From the NCBI GenBank assembly GCA_964437855.1, contig CAYTJE010000001.1, positions 1-52,238 of the forward strand: 52,238 bases of DNA, read 5' to 3'. Positions 43,101-52,238 of this stretch are shown in pieces. Within the stretch, counting starts at the first letter, position 1; the number at the start of each line of letters is the position of its first letter. The notes beneath the pieces were generated by a model. The model had not been told where the DNA came from. It was given only the letters and a program-made list of their open reading frames with translations, and did not search any database. The stretch comes from an uncultured Anaerolineales bacterium (GTDB lineage Bacteria; Planctomycetota; Phycisphaerae; FEN-1346). The translations under genes were made by a program, and so were the position numbers.

Positions 43101-43129
43101 TTGCAAGCGGCCGGGCCGGCCGCTACAGT
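43101..43129 (+). promoter_or_regulatory. Sigma70-like promoter for aroA: TTGCAA-17-TACAGT
   Basis: The -10 ends 7 nt before ATG 43137, which would give a leaderless or near-leaderless mRNA. Confidence 0.4.
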
Positions 43130-43136
43130 CTTGCCC

Positions 43137-44471
43137 ATGACCGCACGGGAGATACACCCCGCCGCCGGGCCGGTGTGCGGCCGGGTCCGGCCGCCGGGTT
43201 CCCGCAGCATCACCAACCGGGCGCTCGTGGTGGCGGCCCTGGCCGAAGGGGAGTCGGTCCTGGAAAACGTCGGCCTCTCCGGCGACACCCGCGTCTGCGC
43301 CGAGGCGCTGCGGACGCTGGACATCGCGGTCGAGGTGGACGAGGCCGGCCGCTCGATGCGTGTCGCCGGCTGCGGCGGCACGGTGCCGCCCGGCCCGAAG
43401 GACGTCTATACCGGCGAGTCGGGCACCGCCACGCGTTTCGTGACGGCCCTGACGGCCGCCGGCCGGGGGCGGTATCGCATCGACGGCGCCCCGCGGATGC
43501 GCGAGCGGCCGATTCAGGACCTGCTGGACAGCCTCTCGGCCTTGGGCGTCCGGGCCGAGAGCGAAGCGGGGACCGGGTGTCCGCCCGTGCGCCTCGAGAC
43601 CGCCGGCCTCCGGGGCGGCACAGTCAGCCTGAGCGGCGCGGTCTCCAGCCAATTTCTGTCGGGGCTGCTGATGGCCGCCCCGTCAGCCGACGGTCCGGTG
43701 ACGGTTGAGGTGGCCGGCGAACTCGTCTCCAAGCCGTACGTGGACCTGACCGCGGCCGTGATGGCGGCGTTCGGGGTCGAGGTCCAGCGCGACGGCTACG
43801 CGCGGTTCCGGCTAGACGCCCCGCGGGCCTACACGGGCCGGACCTACGCGGTGGAACCCGACGCGTCCAGCGCCAGTTACTTCCTGGCGGCGGCGGCGGC
43901 GACCGGCGGGCGCGTGACCGTCCAGGGCCTGGCCCGGACCAGCGCCCAGGGCGACGCCCGGTTCCCCGGCATCCTGCGCGCCATGGGATGCGAGGTCGTC
44001 TGGACCGACGACGGCGTCACGGTGACCGGCCCCGATCGGCTCTCGGGGCTGCGGATCGACATGAACGCGATGCCCGACATGGTGCTGACGCTGGCGCCGC
44101 TGGCGCTGGTGGCCCGCGGGCGGACCGTCATCGAGAACGTGGCGAACCTGCGCGTGAAGGAATCGGACCGGCTCTCGGCGCTGGCCACGGAATTGAAGCG
44201 GCTGGGCGCGAAGGTCGAGGAGCGGCCGGACGGCCTCGCGATCACCCCGCCGAAGACGATCCGCCCGGCCGAGGTCGCCACCTACAACGACCATCGCATC
44301 GCCATGGGCATGGCGGTGGTCGGCCTGGTCGTGGGAGGCGTGCGGATCGCCGACCCCAAGTGCGTCGCGAAGACGTACCCCGGCTTCTTCGAGGACCTGG
44401 AGCGGCTGGCGGGGGGCGGATCGGGCGCCGGGCAAGGCGATTCGGGCCACACAGGGAGCGACGTACCGTGA
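43137..44471 (+). CDS. aroA: 3-phosphoshikimate 1-carboxyvinyltransferase (EPSP synthase)
   Basis: PPGSRSITNRALVVAAL, GESGTATRF, RMRERPI, VSSQFLSGLLMAAP, LRVKESDR and DHRIAMG motifs. Confidence 0.92.
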   Translation: MTAREIHPAAGPVCGRVRPPGSRSITNRALVVAALAEGESVLENVGLSGDTRVCAEALRTLDIAVEVDEAGRSMRVAGCGGTVPPGPKDVYTGESGTATRFVTALTAAGRGRYRIDGAPRMRERPIQDLLDSLSALGVRAESEAGTGCPPVRLETAGLRGGTVSLSGAVSSQFLSGLLMAAPSADGPVTVEVAGELVSKPYVDLTAAVMAAFGVEVQRDGYARFRLDAPRAYTGRTYAVEPDASSASYFLAAAAATGGRVTVQGLARTSAQGDARFPGILRAMGCEVVWTDDGVTVTGPDRLSGLRIDMNAMPDMVLTLAPLALVARGRTVIENVANLRVKESDRLSALATELKRLGAKVEERPDGLAITPPKTIRPAEVATYNDHRIAMGMAVVGLVVGGVRIADPKCVAKTYPGFFEDLERLAGGGSGAGQGDSGHTGSDVP

Positions 44472-44950
44472 AGACGCCACGACTCATCACGGCGCTGGCG
44501 CTGCTGTCGGCGGTTGGGGTCTCGACCGGCTGCGGGGGGTGGCGGCTGGGGGGCACCCAGACCCGCCGCGACGTCTACATGAACCTGATGACCCCGCTGG
44601 AGCAGTCGAAATACCAGTACATGGAGGCCCTGGACAAGCCGGTGAGCCTTCGGCTGGCGTACCTCCAGGAGATTGGGGTTTATCAAACGTGGGCCGAACA
44701 GCCGAAAGATATGCAGGAGGCCATTCTGCGCCGGGAGGTCACCGAGGGCATGACGCCGGTCCAGGTGCAGATGGCCTGGGGGCATCCCGCCGCAAAACGC
44801 GACGTCACCCTCCCGGCCGAACGGGCGGAGGCCCATCGGCGCGAGGTCTGGGATTACGAGATCCGGTCTCACGGAATCGGCGGCAGCCAGTATGAGCGGA
44901 GCATCTGCTTCTGGGACGGTCACGTCCTGTGGGTCCGCGACGGCGGGTAG
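44468..44950 (+). CDS. BamE/SmpA-OmlA-like lipoprotein
   Basis: GTG overlaps the aroA stop (GTGA). Signal with lipobox VSTGC, and GMTPVQVQMAWGHP is typical of the SmpA_OmlA fold. Confidence 0.55.
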   Translation: MKTPRLITALALLSAVGVSTGCGGWRLGGTQTRRDVYMNLMTPLEQSKYQYMEALDKPVSLRLAYLQEIGVYQTWAEQPKDMQEAILRREVTEGMTPVQVQMAWGHPAAKRDVTLPAERAEAHRREVWDYEIRSHGIGGSQYERSICFWDGHVLWVRDGG

Positions 44951-46112
44951 CCGGACGCTGCGGGTGCTGCTGGTCTCGTCGCACCGGCCGCTGGCCGAGG
45001 AGGCCCGCGAGATGCTGGCCGACGCGGCGGTGACGGTTGACGTGACCGAGGAGGCCCCTCTTTCCCCACCCGTGGACGCCGACGCCGTCCTGATCGATCT
45101 GGCCGAGGAGGACGCCGGCTCCATGGAACGGGCCCTGGGCCTGGCAAGCCGCCTGAGCGACTGCCCCGTGCCAGTCCTGATCCTCAGCGACCCCCTGCCG
45201 CGCGAGAAGCGTATCGCCCTGCACCGGGCGGGGGCGATGGGGTTCGCCGCGCTGGACGAGGACCCGGAAGAACTGGCGGCTCGGATCGCGAGCCTCTCCG
45301 GCGCGACGCGGGCGGCCGCACGGGCCGTCAAGCGGCTGCGGGACCACTCCCGGCATCTGGACGAGCAGTTGCGGCTGGCCCAGCGTCTCCAGATGGATTT
45401 TCTGCCGCGGCGCCTGCCGGCGATGGCCTCCGGCCGCTTTGCCGCACGCCTTGAACCGGCCGCCTGGGTCGCCGGCGATTTCTACGACATCTTCCGGCTG
45501 GACGAAGAGCACGTCGGCTTTTACGTCGCCGACGCCGTGGGTCACGGCATACCGGCGGCGCTGCTCACGGTGTTCGTCAAGAAGTCGCTTCAGACCAAGC
45601 ACATCGAGGGCAAGCGGTACGCCCTCATCCCGCCGGAGGAGGCCCTCCGACTGCTGAACGCCGACCTGTTATCAGCGGAACTCCAGGAAACGCCCTTCAT
45701 CACGCTCGTCTACGGACTGTATCACGAGACCACCGGGGAGGTGGTGTACGCCCGGGCGGGGCATCCTGAGCCGCTGCTCCTGGGTCCGAAGGCCGCCATC
45801 GAGCCGCTCGGCAGCGACGGGCCGTTGTTGGGCATCTTCCCGGACGCCACGTTCGAGTCCCGTCGGCGGCATCTGGAGCCCGGCCAACGGCTGCTCCTCT
45901 ACAGCGACGGGGCGGAACGGGTGGACCCCGGCCGTGGGGCCAATCCGGACCGGCTGCGCGAGATCGTCCAGACGGCCGCCCTCCTGCCCCTGGAGGCCCT
46001 GCTCGACTCGGTCCTCGATGCCGTCCGCGGGGCCACCGGCGGCCAGCGTCTGGCCGATGACGTCACGCTCGTGGCGCTGGAGGTGACCGAGGGCGCCGGC
46101 GAGTCCGCCTGA
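44892..46112 (+). CDS. PP2C/SpoIIE-family phosphatase with an N-terminal receiver-like domain
   Basis: DFLPRRLP...GDFYDIF...[14 protein letters not shown]...LYSDG...[10 protein letters not shown]. The start is uncertain: ATG 44892 overlaps the upstream gene by 59 nt, and GTG 44964 is an alternative. Confidence 0.8.
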   Translation: MSGASASGTVTSCGSATAGSRTLRVLLVSSHRPLAEEAREMLADAAVTVDVTEEAPLSPPVDADAVLIDLAEEDAGSMERALGLASRLSDCPVPVLILSDPLPREKRIALHRAGAMGFAALDEDPEELAARIASLSGATRAAARAVKRLRDHSRHLDEQLRLAQRLQMDFLPRRLPAMASGRFAARLEPAAWVAGDFYDIFRLDEEHVGFYVADAVGHGIPAALLTVFVKKSLQTKHIEGKRYALIPPEEALRLLNADLLSAELQETPFITLVYGLYHETTGEVVYARAGHPEPLLLGPKAAIEPLGSDGPLLGIFPDATFESRRRHLEPGQRLLLYSDGAERVDPGRGANPDRLREIVQTAALLPLEALLDSVLDAVRGATGGQRLADDVTLVALEVTEGAGESA

Positions 46113-46145
46113 CCCGTTGCTCTGCCTTCCGCGGGGCCGTTTCCC

Positions 46146-46175
46146 TTGCAGCAGGGGGTCTGCCGGGCGTATAAT
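46146..46175 (+). promoter_or_regulatory. Sigma70-like promoter for hisF-pilT: TTGCAG-18-TATAAT
   Basis: The -35 is at 46146-46151 and the -10 at 46170-46175. Confidence 0.5.
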
Positions 46176-46272
46176 CCGGCCCGGATTGCCCGACCCCCAA
46201 GCGGCTGCCGGGAATCGCGGACCCGCGGCCCCGGCGGGGATCGGTCTCGAGGCCAAGGTACCCGAGCGCCCC

Positions 46273-47061
46273 GTGCTGGCGAAGCGGATCATCCCGTGTC
46301 TCGACGTCGACCGCGGCCGTGTCGTCAAGGGGACGCGGTTTGTCCGTCTGCGCGACGCCGGCGACCCGGTGCAGGTGGCGGCGCGGTACGATACCGAGGG
46401 TGCCGACGAACTGGTTTTCCTGGACATCACGGCCAGCCACGAGCGGCGGGACATCCTGCTGGAGGTGGTCCGCCAGACGGCCGAACAGGTCTTCATGCCG
46501 CTGACGGTCGGCGGCGGGGTGCGGACGCTGGCGGACATCCGCCGGCTCCTCCGGTGCGGGGCCGACAAGGTCTCGATCAACTCGGCGGCGGTGGCCGACG
46601 AGGATTTCGTCCGCCGGGCGGCGCAAGCGTTCGGCAGCCAGTGCATCGTCGTCGCCATCGACCCGAAGCGCGTTCGGGAAAACGGCCGGGAGGTCTGGCG
46701 CGTCCACATTCGCGGCGGACGGGTGCCGACCGACCGCGAGGCCGTCGCCTGGGCCCGGCGGGTCGAGGAACTTGGCGCCGGCGAAATCCTGCTCACCAGC
46801 ATGGACGCCGACGGCACCCGCGACGGGTACGACCTGGAGATGACCCGGGCAGTGGCCGAGGCCGTGCGCCTGCCCGTCATCGCGAGCGGGGGGTGCGGGT
46901 CCCCCGAGCACATCGTGGAGGTGCTGACCCGCGGCAAGGCGGATGCGGCCCTGGCGGCGAGCGTGTTCCACTGGCGGCAGTACACGATCGCCGAGGCGAA
47001 GTCGGCCCTGGAGCGGGCGGGTGTGCTGGTCCGGCAGCCGTTCGCCACCGCCGAGGGGTAA
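46273..47061 (+). CDS. hisF: Imidazole glycerol phosphate synthase cyclase subunit
   Basis: (V)[54 protein letters not shown] and ASGG. GTG start at 46273. Confidence 0.9.
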   Translation: MLAKRIIPCLDVDRGRVVKGTRFVRLRDAGDPVQVAARYDTEGADELVFLDITASHERRDILLEVVRQTAEQVFMPLTVGGGVRTLADIRRLLRCGADKVSINSAAVADEDFVRRAAQAFGSQCIVVAIDPKRVRENGREVWRVHIRGGRVPTDREAVAWARRVEELGAGEILLTSMDADGTRDGYDLEMTRAVAEAVRLPVIASGGCGSPEHIVEVLTRGKADAALAASVFHWRQYTIAEAKSALERAGVLVRQPFATAEG

Positions 47062-47096
47062 CGACCGGGTAACGTCTCCGACGGAGAGGGGCACCG

Positions 47097-48212
47097 ATGG
47101 CCACCGAGCCCAGCACGCCGGCAACGGATTTCGACGCGCTGCTCGCGCTGGCGATGCAGCAGGGTGCGTCGGACCTGCACCTGAAGCGCGGACGGCCGCC
47201 CATGCTTCGGATCAACGGGCGCATTCAGGTAACGGACCTCCCGCCACTGGACCCCGAGACGATCCTGGCCCACCTCGACGCGATCCTGGACGAACGCACC
47301 CGCCAGATCCTCCAGGAGACGGGCAGCGTCGATTTCTCTCGCGCGCTGGAAAGCGGCGACCGATTCCGACTCAACGTCTACCGTCAGCGGGGCGCGATCA
47401 GTGTGGCCGCGCGACGCGTGAGCCGCACCATTCCCACCTTCGACGAACTACACCTGCCCGGCGAGGCCCTGAGACGCATCAGCCAGGCGCAGCAGGGGCT
47501 GGCCATTTTCAGCGGCATGACGGGTTCGGGGAAGTCCACGAGCATCGCCTCGTGCATCGAGCACATCAACCAGCACCGGGCCTGCCACATCATCACGCTG
47601 GAGGACCCCATCGAGTACCTGTTCGAGGACAAGGAGGCGTTCATCAACCAGCGGGAGGTCGGCATCGACGTACCCTCGTTCGAGGCCGCGCTCCCCGCGC
47701 TGCTCCGCGAAGACCCCGACGTGGTGCTCATCGGGGAGATGCGGACGCGCGAGTCGCTGGCGGGCGCGCTGCGGGCCGCCGTCACCTCCCGGCTGGTCTT
47801 CACCACGGTCCACGCATCGGGCGCCGGGAGAGTGATCACCCGGCTGCTCCAACTGGCCGGTCCCCAGGACCATCAACGCGTGCGCGAGGCCCTCGCGAAC
47901 AATCTGGTAGCCGTCGTCTGCCAGAAACTCGTACCGACGGTCGATCCCAACGTGCCACGGGTGCCGGCCACCGAGGTCATGTTCGTCACCCCCGGCGTAC
48001 GCAAGGCCATTCTCGAGGGGGAGGAATCGCGCCTGGCGGGCCTGATCGAGGCCGGCCGGGACGCAGGCATGCACGACATGGTTCAAGACCTGGCCCGCCT
48101 CGTGCGGGAGGAATGGGTCGCGCCCAGCGACGCCTACGCGGCGGCGCCGAACGCAGAGGCCTTGAAGATGGCGATCCGCGGCATCGAGTTCAAGAAGGGA
48201 GGGCTCCGATGA
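47097..48212 (+). CDS. pilT: Type IV pilus retraction ATPase PilT family
   Basis: ASDLHL, Walker [10 protein letters not shown], Asp box ITLEDPIEY, Walker [12 protein letters not shown] and His box TTVHAS are all intact. Confidence 0.88.
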   Translation: MATEPSTPATDFDALLALAMQQGASDLHLKRGRPPMLRINGRIQVTDLPPLDPETILAHLDAILDERTRQILQETGSVDFSRALESGDRFRLNVYRQRGAISVAARRVSRTIPTFDELHLPGEALRRISQAQQGLAIFSGMTGSGKSTSIASCIEHINQHRACHIITLEDPIEYLFEDKEAFINQREVGIDVPSFEAALPALLREDPDVVLIGEMRTRESLAGALRAAVTSRLVFTTVHASGAGRVITRLLQLAGPQDHQRVREALANNLVAVVCQKLVPTVDPNVPRVPATEVMFVTPGVRKAILEGEESRLAGLIEAGRDAGMHDMVQDLARLVREEWVAPSDAYAAAPNAEALKMAIRGIEFKKGGLR

Positions 48213-49996
48213 GGCGAGCGGGTCGGCCAGAGGGGATGCCTCGCCGAGGCCCGCGGACCCTGCTCGGGACGCTGGCCGTCGTGGCGCTGGTCCTGGCCGG
48301 CGGGGCCGCCGCACTCGGGGCAGAGACGGCCGACCGGGACCCCGCCTACTATCCCGCGGGGTTCCAATCGCCGGACCTGGCGCAGCCGGGCCTGGCCGTG
48401 GGGGGACTCGTTCGCGTCCTCCTGCTGACCCTGTTGGCCGGAGGCATTTTCTGCGTTGCCAACTGGGTGTTCGCCGACACGCGGCTCGTCGGCGCCAACC
48501 GGAGGCTCTGGAGCGCCTTCACGATCGGGACGGGGTTGACCGCGTTCGCGGCGGCGCTGCTGGTGCCGTGGTTCTCCGTGGGCCTGCCTCTGGGAATCGT
48601 GGTGTTCGTGGGGTCGGCATTGGCGTACGTGGTTCACCGCAACGGGAAGGTCACGCCGCCGCTTCGCGTGCTGACGGGCGCGCATTGGAAGCGGTTGACG
48701 CGTCGCGCGAGGGGGCGCGGGGGAGGACCCGCCCCCCAGGCCGCCGAGCCGGAGATCGCCTTCCTGGGCTACGACGACATCCCCCGTCGGCTGGAGGCCG
48801 ATTCGTTCCCGCAGGAACGGGCGGCTCGCGAAGTCAAGCGAATCGTGCGGGAAGGGATCGACCGGGAGGCCTCCGCCGCCGGCCTTATCGTCCGCCCGCA
48901 AAAGGCCGAGGTGCGCTACCGCGTAGGCAGCGAGATGGTGGCGGGCGGCGAGGTGGACCGGACGATCGCCGACGAGGCCGTCCGGGCCATCAAACGGCTT
49001 GCCAACCTGGATCCCGACGAGACCCGCAAGCCGCAGGAGAACCGGCTTCAGGCGGTCGTGGGCGGCCGGACCTACGACCTGCGGATCAAGACAGCCGGTA
49101 CGGTCCGCGGCGAACAAGTGGCCATCGGCATCCGCGACCAGGCGGCCACCAAACTCCGCCTTGACGACCTCGGGATGACCGAGGACCAGACGGTCACCTT
49201 GAAGGAGGCGCTCGACCAACGGCCGGGCCTGGTGCTGATTTCCGGCCCGAAGCACTCCGGACTCACTACCACGCTGCATGCGTGCCTGCGCTACGTTGAC
49301 CGGTACATCAACAACGTGGTGGCGTTCGAGCCGCGGAGCGACCTGACGGTCGAAAACGTGGAGCACCTCCAGGTGGACCAGGAAGACGGGCCGGTAGCGG
49401 CCTCGGAAGTCCGCAGCCGGCTCCACCTGGAACCCGATGTGATCGTCTTCGACTCGCTCTACGAGCCGGACGTCGCCCAGGTTCTGGCCGGCGCCGCCGC
49501 CGAGCATGCTCTGGTGCTTTCGGTCCGGGCCGGCGACTCGACGGAGGCCCTGACACGGCTGGGGCACCTGTTCGGCGACGGCGCGCTGCTCGGGCGCCAT
49601 CTCCAGGTCGTGGTGAACCAACGGCTGGTGCGGCTGCTGTGCCCCGAGTGCAAGGAAGCGTATCGACCGAACCCCGAGTTCCTTCGGAAGGCCAACCTCG
49701 CCGCCGAGGCGGTTGACACGCTGTACCGGCCGCCGGCGCGAACCGCGGTCACGGACGGGCAGGTGGAGGTCTGCCCGCGATGCCGGAACCATCGGTACAC
49801 CGGCCGGACGGGCCTCTTCGAGGTGATGCCCATCGACGAGGAGGCCCGCCGGTTGATCGCCCGCGGGGCGCTGGCCGACCTCAGAACCCATTGCCGAACC
49901 CTCGGCATGCGCAACCTCCAGGAAGAGGGCCTTCGCCTGATCATCGACGGCCGGACCTCCGTCGAAGAGGTCGTCCGGGCCATCAAGGCGAACTGA
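48209..49996 (+). CDS. Membrane-anchored GspE/PilB-family protein with degenerate ATPase motifs (predicted pseudo-ATPase)
   Basis: ATGA overlap with pilT. N-terminal TM helices. GspE-like core in which Walker A is GPKHSGLT (Leu replaces Lys), Walker B is DVIVFDSLYE and the His box is LSVRAGD. The CPECK...CPRCRNHRYTGR tetra-Cys motif is retained. Confidence 0.75.
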   Translation: MRRAGRPEGMPRRGPRTLLGTLAVVALVLAGGAAALGAETADRDPAYYPAGFQSPDLAQPGLAVGGLVRVLLLTLLAGGIFCVANWVFADTRLVGANRRLWSAFTIGTGLTAFAAALLVPWFSVGLPLGIVVFVGSALAYVVHRNGKVTPPLRVLTGAHWKRLTRRARGRGGGPAPQAAEPEIAFLGYDDIPRRLEADSFPQERAAREVKRIVREGIDREASAAGLIVRPQKAEVRYRVGSEMVAGGEVDRTIADEAVRAIKRLANLDPDETRKPQENRLQAVVGGRTYDLRIKTAGTVRGEQVAIGIRDQAATKLRLDDLGMTEDQTVTLKEALDQRPGLVLISGPKHSGLTTTLHACLRYVDRYINNVVAFEPRSDLTVENVEHLQVDQEDGPVAASEVRSRLHLEPDVIVFDSLYEPDVAQVLAGAAAEHALVLSVRAGDSTEALTRLGHLFGDGALLGRHLQVVVNQRLVRLLCPECKEAYRPNPEFLRKANLAAEAVDTLYRPPARTAVTDGQVEVCPRCRNHRYTGRTGLFEVMPIDEEARRLIARGALADLRTHCRTLGMRNLQEEGLRLIIDGRTSVEEVVRAIKAN

Positions 49997-50014
49997 CCCG
50001 CATCGGAGACCGCC

Positions 50015-51358
50015 GTGATCGTGAACCTGCTGGTCCTGGCCGCCGTCGCCACGGTCGCCGCCTTCGGCGCCATGCAGCGCCTGTACCGGGCGGCGCAGAT
50101 GCTGGTGGCGCTGATCCTGGCCGGGGCCCTGGCCTCCACGCTGGCCGGGCCATTGGCGGGGGTAATCTCCGCCTCCTCCAACAACCCGGACAGCACGTGG
50201 TACTATGTGGGGGACGCCATCTGCCTGTGGGGGATCCTGTGTGCGGCGCTGCTGGGCCTGCGGACAGCCGGCCACCGCCTGCTGCCGAACACGCCCCCCC
50301 TGCCCACCGTCGCCAGCCAGGCTGGCGGGGCCGTGGTCGGCGCCCTGGCCGGATACCTGGCCGTCGGCCTCTGCCTGATGATCGTCCAGATGCTGCCGGT
50401 CGCCCCCGCGCCGCTGGGCTACGAGCCGTTCCGATACCTCGAAGGAACCAGCCGCGCGAGCCCGGAGCGCGTCGTCCACGGAGACACCGCCTGGTTGGCC
50501 CCGGACCGGTCGGCCATCTGGCTGTTCGACACGATCACCGGAGGCGGCGCCGCTCCGGAAGGGGGAGCCCTCCTGGCACGCTACGGCGACACGTATCCTC
50601 CGCCGAGGATGCGGCCGCAGGACTATGCGCCCGCCGTGAACGTGGACGACTTCCTCTACTTCCACTGGTACCGGCGATGGCTCGCCGTCCGGTGGCGGAC
50701 CGGCCAGGCCCTGGGGCCTGTCCCCGAAGTCCCCTCGGGGGCGCCCGGCGAACACGGACTGGCCGTCGCGCACAAGCACCGCGAGACCCTCTACGGGATG
50801 CAACTCAAAACCTACCCCGCGGAGCGGTCGGCGTCGATCACCGGGTTCCCCGGGATCGAACCGCCCGAGGGGAAGGAGTTTCTGAAGGTCCGCATCCAGA
50901 TGGAACCGGAGACACGTCTGCCGAGGGCCATCGACTCGGCCCAGTTCTACCTGGTGGACGAGGCCGGCGGCCGACTGGCCGGCGCCCCGATGGTCCTCGG
51001 CGAAGCGCAGATGAACCAGGAGGGGCAACCCGAACCCGTGTCAACGTCCGTGTCGCCGCAGACCACGCCGCGGAACACGCGGTTCGCTTTCCCCGACGGG
51101 AGCCGCGAGGACGCCTGCCTCTGCACCGGCATGCGCTTCCTCTTCACCGAGCCCCGCCACCGGGACGCCAAGTTCTTCGTCTTCGCCGTGCCGAAGGCCA
51201 CCGCGACCCGGGCGATCCGGCTCCTCCTGGACCCCCGGGTTCCCCCGACCGCTGAATTGAACGAGGAAGGCTGGCCGGAGAAGGCGGACCCGGACAAGCC
51301 CCCCCCACCACAGGGGCACCGCGAACAGCGCAGCGGGTCTGGAGCGCCCGGGACCTGA
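50015..51358 (+). CDS. CvpA-like polytopic membrane protein with a C-terminal DUF4352-like domain
   Basis: Four N-terminal TM helices in a CvpA-like arrangement. The C-terminal part contains PEGKEFLKVRIQME...FYLVDEAGG. Confidence 0.55.
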   Translation: MIVNLLVLAAVATVAAFGAMQRLYRAAQMLVALILAGALASTLAGPLAGVISASSNNPDSTWYYVGDAICLWGILCAALLGLRTAGHRLLPNTPPLPTVASQAGGAVVGALAGYLAVGLCLMIVQMLPVAPAPLGYEPFRYLEGTSRASPERVVHGDTAWLAPDRSAIWLFDTITGGGAAPEGGALLARYGDTYPPPRMRPQDYAPAVNVDDFLYFHWYRRWLAVRWRTGQALGPVPEVPSGAPGEHGLAVAHKHRETLYGMQLKTYPAERSASITGFPGIEPPEGKEFLKVRIQMEPETRLPRAIDSAQFYLVDEAGGRLAGAPMVLGEAQMNQEGQPEPVSTSVSPQTTPRNTRFAFPDGSREDACLCTGMRFLFTEPRHRDAKFFVFAVPKATATRAIRLLLDPRVPPTAELNEEGWPEKADPDKPPPPQGHREQRSGSGAPGT

Positions 51359-51441
51359 CCCGTGAGGCGCGGTGGTGACGAAGCGCCACCGGGACCCCTC
51401 GAGGCGAGAACGCCACAAACTGCAAGGGAGCCACCACACGC

Positions 51442-52238
51442 ATGGAAGACCTGGCAAGACATCTGTGCGACTTGGCCAAACGGCGCGGCGTGGATTTCGC
51501 CGACGTCCGGGCGATCCAACGGGACGGCGAAAGCGTGCTCGTGCAGGACGGCCGGGCCGACAAACTCACCGCCTCCGCCGACCGGGGCATCGGCGTGCGG
51601 GTCCTGGTGGGGCGGGCCTGGGGGTTCGCCTCGGCCGACAGCCTCCAGCGCCGCCGGGCCGAGCAGTGCGTCGACGACGCCATCGCCCTGGCGAAGGCGT
51701 CCGAGGCCCTGGTCACCGACCCGGCCCGCATGGCCGAGACGACCCCTATCGAGGCCGAGGACCGGACCGAGCCCGAGGTCGCGCCCGGCGCGATGCCCGT
51801 GGCCGAGAAGATCGACCGCCTCCTGGAATACGAACGGGCCGGGCGGGCGACGGCCTCCGACGGGCAGCAGATCGTCAACTCCATCGTCAGTTACGCCCAA
51901 GCCTGGCACGAGGAGGTACTGGCGAACACCGAGGGCACCGTCCTTGAATCGGGCGGCAGCCGGGCCGTCGCCACCACGATGTTCGTGGCGACGGACGGCC
52001 GGATCCTTCAGCGCGGCACGGAACAGCGCGGCATCGTGGGCGGAGCCGAACTGCTGCGGCGCGTCGAGCCGGACGAGTTCAGCGTCCGGGCGGCTCAGAA
52101 GGCGCTGGCGGCCCTGGAGGCCCGGCCCGCCCCCGCCGGACGGTTCACCGTCCTCTTCCACCCGTCCATCACGGGCCTGCTGGTGCACGAGGCCCTGGGC
52201 CACAACGCCGAGGCCGACGCCGTCTGGGCCGGCGAGAG
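51442..52238 (+). CDS. tldD: TldD/PmbA-family metalloprotease (3-prime partial, runs off the window)
   Basis: DFADVRA...GIGVRVLVG..WGFAS...LVHEALGHNAEAD (HExxGH). There is no stop before the window end, so it is absent from the ORF track. Confidence 0.85.
   Translation, partial: MEDLARHLCDLAKRRGVDFADVRAIQRDGESVLVQDGRADKLTASADRGIGVRVLVGRAWGFASADSLQRRRAEQCVDDAIALAKASEALVTDPARMAETTPIEAEDRTEPEVAPGAMPVAEKIDRLLEYERAGRATASDGQQIVNSIVSYAQAWHEEVLANTEGTVLESGGSRAVATTMFVATDGRILQRGTEQRGIVGGAELLRRVEPDEFSVRAAQKALAALEARPAPAGRFTVLFHPSITGLLVHEALGHNAEADAVWAGE

Noticed and set aside
46176-46272. Possible his attenuator or riboswitch in the ~95-nt hisF leader
   Set aside because: I could find no His-codon-rich leader peptide, T-box features or convincing terminator/antiterminator pair by eye.
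1-52238. Prophage, integron, integrase, transposase or toxin-antitoxin modules
   Set aside because: No ORF shows recombinase, transposase, capsid or terminase motifs, or a small paired TA-like arrangement. Mobile DNA is represented only by non-autonomous small repeats.

Overview
High-GC (about 70% by eye) bacterial chromosome segment with a Planctomycetota-like gene repertoire (inference). It carries seven Tat-signal Cys-type sulfatases, an FG-GAP protein, a DUF1570-like peptidase and zinc-ribbon membrane proteins.

Layout, left to right:
- Lower-GC left edge with a partial DUF4143 ATPase and an SPPY DNA methyltransferase.
- hflX operon.
- Minus-strand alpha-glucan cluster: GT4, GH57, GH15 fused to a 2x[4Fe-4S] ferredoxin domain, and a debranching enzyme.
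- Plus-strand block of NPP-type phosphodiesterase, GT2, SAM methyltransferase and B12-type radical SAM. The radical SAM gene is translationally coupled to the first of four consecutive sulfatases.
- sppA, hemL and a four-gene hypothetical operon.
- Three more sulfatases.
- FG-GAP protein, TPR lipoprotein, S1/P1-like nuclease, mtaB, aroA, BamE-like lipoprotein, PP2C phosphatase, hisF.
- pilT coupled to a membrane-anchored GspE-family protein whose ATPase motifs are all degenerate, then a CvpA-like protein and partial tldD.

No rRNA, tRNA, CRISPR array, integrase or transposase was seen.

Most unusual signals:
1. Several families of small palindromic repeats (REP/MITE-like) sit in intergenic spacers and also in frame inside conserved genes (debranching enzyme twice, hemL, mtaB, possibly one sulfatase). 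This resembles Rickettsia palindromic elements.
2. A structured element of about 114 nt lies upstream of every sulfatase that has its own spacer.
3. The radical SAM-sulfatase operon has no recognisable FGE or anSME in the window.
4. The GH15-ferredoxin fusion has a duplicated 3-prime end flanking tandem REPs.
5. The PilT / pseudo-ATPase pair.

All functional calls come from motif recognition by eye. No searches were run.
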